From contig CAVUHW010000020.1 of assembly GCA_963741205.1 (NCBI GenBank), positions 128,001 to 192,000 on the forward strand: a stretch of DNA of 64,000 bases, in the 5' to 3' direction. Under the pieces are notes generated by a model, which made no database searches, was not told where the DNA came from, and worked only from the letters and a program-made list of their open reading frames with translations. The DNA comes from Nitrospirota bacterium (GTDB taxonomy: Bacteria; Nitrospirota; UBA9217). Below are positions 57,135 to 64,000 of the stretch, in pieces (the stretch's first letter is position 1; every line of letters begins with the position of its first letter). Made by a program: the position numbers and the translations under genes.

Positions 57135-57186
57135 ATCCCCCTTCCCGCCCTCTCCCTTCAAGGGAAGGGTGAGGGTGGGGATGGGT
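57135..57186. repeat. Palindromic repeat related to the recG insert
   Basis: ccctctcccttcaagggaagggtgagggtggggatggg. Confidence 0.6.
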
Positions 57187-57231
57187 TAAAAAAGCATGGA
57201 ATTTCACGGCCGACGCTGGTAAACTGTCTTC

Positions 57232-57935
57232 ATGAAAAACGAGTTGGCAATAATCCTCGTCAGCGGCGGCATGGACAGCTGTGTTACGGCAGCGCTCGCG
57301 AATGAAGAGTTTCGTCTTGCCTTTCTCCACGTAAACTACGGCCAGAGGACCGAGGCGCGTGAGCTGAAGGCGTTCAACGACGTAGCGGATTTTTATCAGG
57401 CTGACAAGCGGCTCATCGTCAGCCTGGAGCACCTCAAGGTAATCGGAGGCTCAGCCCTCACGGACGACAACAATCCCCGTCCCTGAAATCGGCTTTGCTT
57501 CCCAATCCGACGATCCACAATCCGCATATCCGACAATTCCCGATCACCTACGTCCCCTTCCGGAATGCGCACCTCCTCTCCATAGCCACTTCCTGGGCGG
57601 AGGTCATTGGCGCCGTGAAGATATTCATCGGCGCGGTGGAAGAAGACAGTTCAGGCTATCCCGACTGCCGGGAGACGTTCTATCAGGCCTTCAATAAAGT
57701 CATAGAAATGGGCACGAGGCCGGAAACGCGAATCGAGATCGTAACACCACTCATCCACTTGAAAAAGTCCGAAATCGTGAAGCGCGGCGTTGCGCTCGGC
57801 GCCCCGCTCAACCTCACCTGGAGCTGTTACCAGCGCAGCGAAAAAGCGTGCGGCAGGTGCGAGAGCTGCGCCCTGCGATTGAAGGGGTTCCGAGAAGCCG
57901 ACGTGAATGACCCCATCCTCTACGAAAAACTATAA
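57232..57935 (+). CDS. queC: 7-cyano-7-deazaguanine synthase (frameshifts ~57470-57545)
   Basis: SGGMDS, YGQR, TYVPFRN, GYPDCR and TWSCY..CGRCESC. Confidence 0.95.
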
Positions 57936-57981
57936 ACTCGTGCAGATGTTGCTTCTCGAAATGCATTGACACCGCACCGAA

Positions 57982-58932
57982 TCAGCGCGATAGCGCCATG
58001 GCCCGCCGCGTCTCCACGTACCGCGCAGCGGCAAGCGCTGCTATGCATCCGTCGGCCGTTGCAACCACAATCTGGTTGGCGAACTTTTGGCGCAAGTCTC
58101 CGGCCACGAAGATACCCGGGATGTTTGTCTCGCATTTCTCGTCCGTGATGACGAAACCCCGTTCGTTCATTCGGATCGCCGGTGGGATCAGCAGGTTATT
58201 CGGGTCATACCCGATAAAGATGAATATACCGTCCGTCGGCAGCGTCCGCTTTTCCCCGCTTTCGATGTTCTCAAGTGACACGGAGTCGACCATCAAACCG
58301 TCCCCCCGGATCTCCGTCACTATTGTATTCCAGATAACGTTGATACGCGGTTCGTTCATGAGACGATTGACCAGCATTTTCGCTGCCCGCAGCTCGTTTC
58401 TTCGATGAATGAGATATATTTTCTTAGCCAGACTCGACAGATACAGGGCCTCTTCCACGGCGGTGTCTCCCCCTCCGACTACCACGACAGTCTTGTCCCT
58501 GAAGAAAAAACCGTCGCATGTGCCGCAATAAGAGACGCCGGTCCCGAGGTATTTCGTTTCACCGGGAATCCCGAGCTTTCGAGCTGCCCCCCCCAAAGCG
58601 AGGATCAGGGCCACGGTCTGGAGCTCATCGCCGTCGGAAAGCAGCACCGTGTGAAAATCCGCTCCTGCTGATATCATGGATACCCCCTGGGGTCTGACGT
58701 GCAGGTCGTAGGACCTTGCATGATGGATCAGTTTCTCCGTCAGGTCGAACCCGGTTATCCCCTCCATACCGGGGTAGTTATCCACGTCTTTCGATATGGC
58801 GATCTGGCCGCCGATCAATCCCCTCTCAAAAAGAATCGTTTTCATTGCGGCCCTTTTTGCATAGAGCCCCGCGGCGAGTCCCGCGGGCCCGCCTCCCACG
58901 ATGATTACATCATAGGTATCCTTCACGTCCAT
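57982..58932 (-). CDS. trxB: Thioredoxin reductase
   Basis: GGGPAG, GVSYCGTCDG, GGGDTAVEEA and HRR. Confidence 0.93.
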   Translation of the reverse strand: MDVKDTYDVIIVGGGPAGLAAGLYAKRAAMKTILFERGLIGGQIAISKDVDNYPGMEGITGFDLTEKLIHHARSYDLHVRPQGVSMISAGADFHTVLLSDGDELQTVALILALGGAARKLGIPGETKYLGTGVSYCGTCDGFFFRDKTVVVVGGGDTAVEEALYLSSLAKKIYLIHRRNELRAAKMLVNRLMNEPRINVIWNTIVTEIRGDGLMVDSVSLENIESGEKRTLPTDGIFIFIGYDPNNLLIPPAIRMNERGFVITDEKCETNIPGIFVAGDLRQKFANQIVVATADGCIAALAAARYVETRRAMALSR

Positions 58933-59067
58933 ACCGCTCCTCCCCGGAATCGTTCCCGCATGCGGGTCTTTCCTTCTTGCTTCCTACTTTATAGTATATC
59001 GCGTTTTAATCGAGCTATAATCAAAGAGAAAATCATCAAACTTCAATCAGGCAGAGGACGACTACCG

Positions 59068-60228
59068 ATGAACATCTATCTGGACAATAACTCCACTACT
59101 CCACTCGCTCCCGAGGTCCTGGAGGCCATGCTGCCCTATCTCAACGAAAAATATGGCAATGCTTCCTCCATCCACACCGCCGGACGAGAAGCTAAAAAGG
59201 CCCTGGAGGAATCACGGGAAACCATCGCTCGCATCGTGGGGGCCACGAACCCGGAATGCATCTGTTTCACCGGGTCGGGATCGGAGGCTGACAACATGGC
59301 GATCAGGGGGGTTACCGGCGCCCTACGGCGCAAGGGGAACCACATTGTCACTTCGGCGGTGGAGCATCCAGCGGTCCTCAGTCCCTGCAAATTTCTGGAA
59401 GAGGAAGGCGCCCGGGTGACCTATGTAAAACCCGATGGAAACGGGCTGATCAGGGCTGACGTGGTCGCTGAGGCCTTGCGGGACGACACCGTTTTGATTT
59501 CCATCATGCATGCCAACAACGAAACAGGTACGATCAACCCCATCCCGGATATCGGCAGAATCGCGAGGGAACGAAACATCCTTTTCCATACGGACGCTGT
59601 ACAGAGCTTCTGCAAGGTCCCCTTCGCGGTTGATGAGCTCAGGGCCGATTTGCTATCGGTTTCGGCCCACAAGATCAACGGGCCCAAGGGAGTAGGCGCC
59701 CTGTACATCCGGGAAGGTGTGACCATTAAACCCCTGGTCTATGGCGGACATCAGGAGGTAAACCGGCGGGCAGGCACCGAGAACGTAGCAGGTATCGTGG
59801 GCATGGCAAAGGCAGCCCAACTCGGGATGGCGGGTTTGGAAAAGGAGGCCGCACGAATGCAGGCGCTCAGGGACAAACTGGAGAAAGGATTGCTGCAAAA
59901 GGTACCTCATACCCGGCTGAACGGCCATCCAACGATGAGGCTGCCCCATACCTTGAATCTCTCCTTTCCGTTTGTAGAATCCGAGTCCCTACTCCTCGAA
60001 TTGGACCTCAAGGGGGTGGAGGTGTCGTCAGGCTCGGCATGCACATCCGGGACGGGAGAACCTTCTCATGTGCTTTTGGCCATGGGGATTCCTCATGAGA
60101 TATGCCGCGGCGCCCTTCGCTTCTCTCTGGGAAGGGAGAACACGGAAACGGAGATCGATTATGTCCTCAAGGTGTTGCCTGAAATCGTTCATCGGATACG
60201 GGCGATGTCTCCTCTCTCTGCATCATAG
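59068..60228 (+). CDS. Cysteine desulfurase (IscS/NifS group I)
   Basis: YLDNNSTT, HTDAVQ, SAHKINGPKG and SSGSACTS; start MNIYLD. Confidence 0.93.
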   Translation: MNIYLDNNSTTPLAPEVLEAMLPYLNEKYGNASSIHTAGREAKKALEESRETIARIVGATNPECICFTGSGSEADNMAIRGVTGALRRKGNHIVTSAVEHPAVLSPCKFLEEEGARVTYVKPDGNGLIRADVVAEALRDDTVLISIMHANNETGTINPIPDIGRIARERNILFHTDAVQSFCKVPFAVDELRADLLSVSAHKINGPKGVGALYIREGVTIKPLVYGGHQEVNRRAGTENVAGIVGMAKAAQLGMAGLEKEAARMQALRDKLEKGLLQKVPHTRLNGHPTMRLPHTLNLSFPFVESESLLLELDLKGVEVSSGSACTSGTGEPSHVLLAMGIPHEICRGALRFSLGRENTETEIDYVLKVLPEIVHRIRAMSPLSAS

Positions 60229-60386
60229 TGTAATATCCATCAACTTCCCCCTTCTGAGCATAGAAAAAGGACAGACGCAAGGCGGTCTGTGATTGCGGGC
60301 ATGCAGGCGCCGCTCGCCGCGAAAACCTGGTTTCCAGCAGTCGATTAGACCGGAACTGATATTTTTTTCGCGTTTACGAACGGATT

Positions 60387-61553
60387 TTACCTGGCTTCTT
60401 CGGATCTTCTCTTCCCGGATCGCCTCTCTTTTCCGGTTCTTCGCTCGGGTCCCTTGCGACCGGGGTCACGTAACCTTCTTCGATCGGCGAATGATCTTCG
60501 ATCAATCCGTGACCTGCGTTCTTTCTGCAGAAGGTCAAAAAGGTAGTCGAGCATCTCTTTCCGCTTTTCCAGGAGGAGGTCTTTGTGGGTCGTTTCGGCC
60601 AAGGCCGGCGCCGTCTTCAACTCGAAGCGATAATCCGATATGAGTGAGATGAGAACCTCTTCAATCCGTGTGAAGAACCCTGCGTCATTGTCCGTACCCT
60701 TGTCCTTGTTGTTTTTCACCTTATCCAGAAGGGCATCGAGCTCGCGAGAGGTTTTTTTCGCGTGGTCGTGAATGGATTCGTACAACCCTGTCAGGGCGTA
60801 TACATCTTCCCTGATAAAACTGGAAATTTCCTTCGACGCTTCCGCGACATCTTTTTGTAAAGTCTCTTGATATTGCTTCGGGATTGGACCACGGGGCAGG
60901 ACGTCCCTGAGACGCTCCCTGAAGTGTTCCTTGACCTCCTCGATCAGGCGCCTTTCTAAGCTCTTCCCGATCTGGACGTTCACGAGGACGACGATCGACG
61001 TTTCGCAGAGTTTTTCGATCTTGCCCAGATTGTCCCTGATATACTGGGCGATGTTGGCCAGTTCCCCAGCCAAGGCGACGCGTCGTTTCGTAAGCGCCTC
61101 AAGCGTGCTTTTGCGGTCCCTGACCATGACCCGAAGCCTGGTCAGCTTGGCCGCCTCATCCCTTTTTTTCGGGTTAAGCCTGCTCATTTCCGCTGCAGCG
61201 GTCGTGATGAACACCCTCGGTTTCTTGAAATCGAGGGTCGCAAGCGAGTGCGCGTGATATTTATATTGCTCCACCGCGGACTTGAGGGCGGGGTCAACAA
61301 AACAGGAATGGCGGAGCACGAAATAAAACATTTTTTCGCGGAAATTCGGCGTCTCTTCGACTCTGTGGAGGCGCTGCTCGAACGCCCTGAGCCTTTGAAT
61401 CAATTCGCCGTACGCTGCAGTGTCGTGCCCTTGTGGTTCTTTTCGGCCCACCTTTTTCGGACTCCGAAGAAATGAGTCAAGATCCTCCTGTGTCGGTGAG
61501 AGTTCAGTGGTCGCGCCGAATCGAAGGCCAAATATGGATCTATCTATAGTCAT
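60387..61553 (-). CDS. Helical hypothetical protein with C-terminal (E/D)RR repeats
   Basis: 388-aa ORF; tail ERRSRIDRRSFADRR...ERRTGKERRS. Confidence 0.65.
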   Translation of the reverse strand: MTIDRSIFGLRFGATTELSPTQEDLDSFLRSPKKVGRKEPQGHDTAAYGELIQRLRAFEQRLHRVEETPNFREKMFYFVLRHSCFVDPALKSAVEQYKYHAHSLATLDFKKPRVFITTAAAEMSRLNPKKRDEAAKLTRLRVMVRDRKSTLEALTKRRVALAGELANIAQYIRDNLGKIEKLCETSIVVLVNVQIGKSLERRLIEEVKEHFRERLRDVLPRGPIPKQYQETLQKDVAEASKEISSFIREDVYALTGLYESIHDHAKKTSRELDALLDKVKNNKDKGTDNDAGFFTRIEEVLISLISDYRFELKTAPALAETTHKDLLLEKRKEMLDYLFDLLQKERRSRIDRRSFADRRRLRDPGRKGPERRTGKERRSGKRRSEEAR

Positions 61554-61591
61554 GGCAATAGTCCAAATAATTAGGATGGGACGACGCGACC

Positions 61592-61939
61592 CTATTTCAG
61601 CGTCTGCTCCTGACTACCGGGATCCACAAGCGGGAATCCGGATTTTTTCCAACCCTCCACTCCCCCGCCGAGGACCTTGACGTTACGAAACCCTTTTTCC
61701 AGGTATTCTGCTGCCCGACGGGCAGCACTCGCCTCCTTTGGTCAGCCTCAATAGAAAATGATTTCCTGCTCCCTGGACAGGGACGGGGCCCTGTTCTTAA
61801 ACTCGGCATACGAGGTGCCGCCTTCAAGATGCATTCTCTCGAACTTCTCCTCGTCGTCATAAGCGCAGACGAAAATGGCGGCGCCGGACAGGACCCTTTT
61901 TCTCGCTTCTTCCGGAGGGATTCTTTCAGGTTCGATCAT
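61592..61939 (-). CDS. Rhodanese-domain selenoprotein with two in-frame TGA (UGU motif), 115 aa
   Basis: EIIFY-TGA-G-TGA-PKEASAARRAAEYLEKGFRNVKVLGGGVEGWKKSGFP; hairpin at 61709-61727. Confidence 0.8.
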
Positions 61940-62020
61940 AGTTTATCTCCTCCATGCTTGTCAGAACTCCATAACACCAGTATAACACAGGAGCCCTCGC
62001 CGCTGCTATCGAGTCGCCTG

Positions 62021-63271
62021 CTACTGTAGGAAGCTCATCACTACGAGCATGGCCGTAAGCAGGACGAGGATCATCACGGTGAACCACGTGACGATATTCA
62101 TCCGTTTCGAATTGACGTACTCGCCCATGATCTCACGGTTGTTCACGAGCTTGAGCATGATGATGAGCACAAACGGCAGCAGGATGCCGTTGATCGTCTG
62201 GGAAAGGAACATGATCGAGATCAGCGGCACGTTCGGGATCAGGATGACCCCGGCGCCAATTACGATAAAGGCGGTATAGAAACCGAGGAACTGCGGCGCT
62301 TCCTTGAAGTTCTTGTTGAGCCCAGACTCCCAGCCGAAGGCCTCGGACAATCCGTAGGCCGTGGCCAGCGGCAAAACAAAGGCCGCGAGAAACGAAGCGT
62401 TCAAAAGACCCACGGCAAAGAGTTGTGACGCGAAGTTTCCCGCCAGAGGTTCGAGGGCCCGGGCCGCGTCCTCGGCGGAATCCACGATCACCCCCGCAGG
62501 ATGCAGAATGGTGCCCGTGGCCAGGACGATGAAAAAAGCGATGAACACGGTCATGATCGAGCCGGCGTAGACGTCGAACTTGGCGAAACCGTACTCCTCG
62601 ATCCTAACGCCCTTGTCTACCACGGCGGACTGGAGATAGAACTGCATGTACGGCGTGATCGTGGTCCCCACCATCGTGATAAAAAGGAGAAGATAGTCCT
62701 TGTCCATCCTCACGTGCGGCAGCGCTATCTGCCGTGCGACCTCTTTCCAGGGCGGATTCGACATCACCCCGGAAATCACGTAGGTCAGATAGATGAGGCT
62801 GATGGCGATGAGGAAGCGCTCGACCTGCTTGAAGTTCCCCTTGACGACCACCAGCCAGACGATGAAGGCGGAAACCGGCACGGACACGTATTTCGTGACA
62901 CCGAAAAGCTCCATGCTCGCGGCGATGCCCGCGAACTCGGCGATGGTGACGGTCAGATTGGCGAAGACGAAGAGCGCCATGATGCCGAGGGTTACCTTGA
63001 CGCCGAACTGCTCCCGGACAAGGTCGCCGAAGCCCTTGCCGGTCACCACTCCCATCCTCGACGACATTTCCTGGACCACCGCAAGGGCGACGGTGACGAG
63101 CAGCAGCGCCCAGAGCAGGCCGTAGCCTTCGCGGGCGCCCACAATGGAATAGGTCGCGATGCCGCCCGCGTCATTGCCGGCGTTTCCCGCGATGAATCCC
63201 GGGCCGATGACGCTTAAGATCGCGATCAGCCGGGCCCCCTTCAGCGTCTTGATTTGATCGAGTAACTTCAC
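62021..63271 (-). CDS. NRAMP-family divalent cation transporter (DAGG variant)
   Basis: GPG...GNDAGGIATYS, QEM..RMGVVTGKG and GTTITPYMQF. Confidence 0.9.
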   Translation of the reverse strand: MKLLDQIKTLKGARLIAILSVIGPGFIAGNAGNDAGGIATYSIVGAREGYGLLWALLLVTVALAVVQEMSSRMGVVTGKGFGDLVREQFGVKVTLGIMALFVFANLTVTIAEFAGIAASMELFGVTKYVSVPVSAFIVWLVVVKGNFKQVERFLIAISLIYLTYVISGVMSNPPWKEVARQIALPHVRMDKDYLLLFITMVGTTITPYMQFYLQSAVVDKGVRIEEYGFAKFDVYAGSIMTVFIAFFIVLATGTILHPAGVIVDSAEDAARALEPLAGNFASQLFAVGLLNASFLAAFVLPLATAYGLSEAFGWESGLNKNFKEAPQFLGFYTAFIVIGAGVILIPNVPLISIMFLSQTINGILLPFVLIIMLKLVNNREIMGEYVNSKRMNIVTWFTVMILVLLTAMLVVMSFLQ

Positions 63272-63549
63272 GTTTCAAAACCTCACAATATCTTCGCCGC
63301 ATTTGATATCGTTACTGCGAACCCTTTTCGTCACTCCCGTCCTTCCCGGCGTTTTGACAACAACCGGAAACGCCTTTGTCGGGAATCTATGATCCCAAAA
63401 TGATCAGGAGCAAAGACACACCCTGCACTCGCGCTATCGCACACCGAGCATTCGCGATGTAGCACTCATAACCGCTGGGCGCAGGCTGGATTCCGGCTTG
63501 AATCGTGACGGAATGATGGTCAACGGAAAGAAGTACCTGGCTCACTACG

Positions 63550-64000
63550 TTACAGCTTTCTTCGTTTCTTTCTCGATGCCGTGGGCAGGAGGAAATCGAC
63601 GACGTCGTCCACGGTCACAATGCCGTGAAGGACCATGTTTTCATCAACGACCGGTGCAGCGAGGAGATTGTATTTCGATATGAATTCCGCCACGTCCTTC
63701 TGACTTGCGTCCAGCGGGAGCGTCTTGACCGGCGCCGTCATGATGTCGCCGAGCAGGGTCTGCGCCGTGGCAAGAATGAGGTTTTTCAGGGACAGAATGC
63801 CCACGATCCGTTCGTTGCCGTCAACGATGAAAAGATAATAGACTGTTTCAACATCGGGCGCCTCAAGCCTCAACTCCGTGATCGCTTCCTCGACAGTCAT
63901 GTCCGGAGGAAAAGCCAGAAACTCGGTCGTCATGAGGCCGCCCGCCGTGTCTTCCTCGTGTTCCAGGAGCTCCTGCACATCCTCGGCCTCCTCCTTTTCC
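63550..64000 (-). CDS. MgtE N-terminal/CBS-domain protein (5' partial), no TM domain
   Basis: EDTAGGLMT, YYLFIVD and GIVTVDDV, then a stop after KKRRKL. Confidence 0.85.
   Translation of the reverse strand, partial: EKEEAEDVQELLEHEEDTAGGLMTTEFLAFPPDMTVEEAITELRLEAPDVETVYYLFIVDGNERIVGILSLKNLILATAQTLLGDIMTAPVKTLPLDASQKDVAEFISKYNLLAAPVVDENMVLHGIVTVDDVVDFLLPTASRKKRRKL

Noticed and set aside
1721-57935. Apparent mass pseudogenisation or programmed frameshifting (recG, smc, truA, lptF, queC, RND and others)
   Set aside because: Single-base indels are scattered through essential genes without accumulated nonsense codons. Long-read consensus error is the simpler explanation; read polishing would decide.
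61610-61650. GCGGGAATCC repeat copy
   Set aside because: It falls inside the rhodanese read-through frame (SGFPLVDP) and has no partner arm.
1757-63217. Long antisense or overlapping ORFs (e.g. 1757..2659, 3093..4181, 21163..22137, 50983..52038)
   Set aside because: Shadow ORFs of GC-rich genes with no recognisable motifs.
1-64000. CRISPR array, tRNA or rRNA genes
   Set aside because: No regularly spaced direct repeats or cloverleaf/rRNA signatures were seen.

Overview
GC-rich bacterial chromosome segment. Gene content suggests an anaerobic Nitrospirota/Desulfobacterota-like organism (inference). Many core genes carry single-base frameshifts, most likely long-read consensus errors. Housekeeping genes include pilD with a sensor kinase and sigma-54 regulator, recG, rpmB, truA, livMGF, smc, lptFG, coaE, queC, trxB and a cysteine desulfurase. 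There is also a TetR-TolC-RND-MacAB efflux operon, a CbcBA-like b/c cytochrome pair with a sigma-54 promoter, a Crp/Fnr (HcpR-like) module, and an MgtE-CBS/NRAMP pair. Best hidden signals: (1) a rhodanese gene whose active-site loop reads Y-TGA-G-TGA-P, followed by one SECIS-like hairpin (candidate double-selenocysteine UxU protein); (2) a second small in-frame-TGA membrane ORF with a SECIS-like hairpin; (3) an IS110 element inserted into a tnpB gene that itself interrupts sfsA, with a readable AG/CT core, a circle-junction promoter and a 3' bridge-RNA-like double stem-loop matching its own donor junction; (4) an uncharacterised operon of a His/Cys-rich monoheme beta-propeller, ABC transporter, TPR protein, NosL and a DUF4418-like protein.
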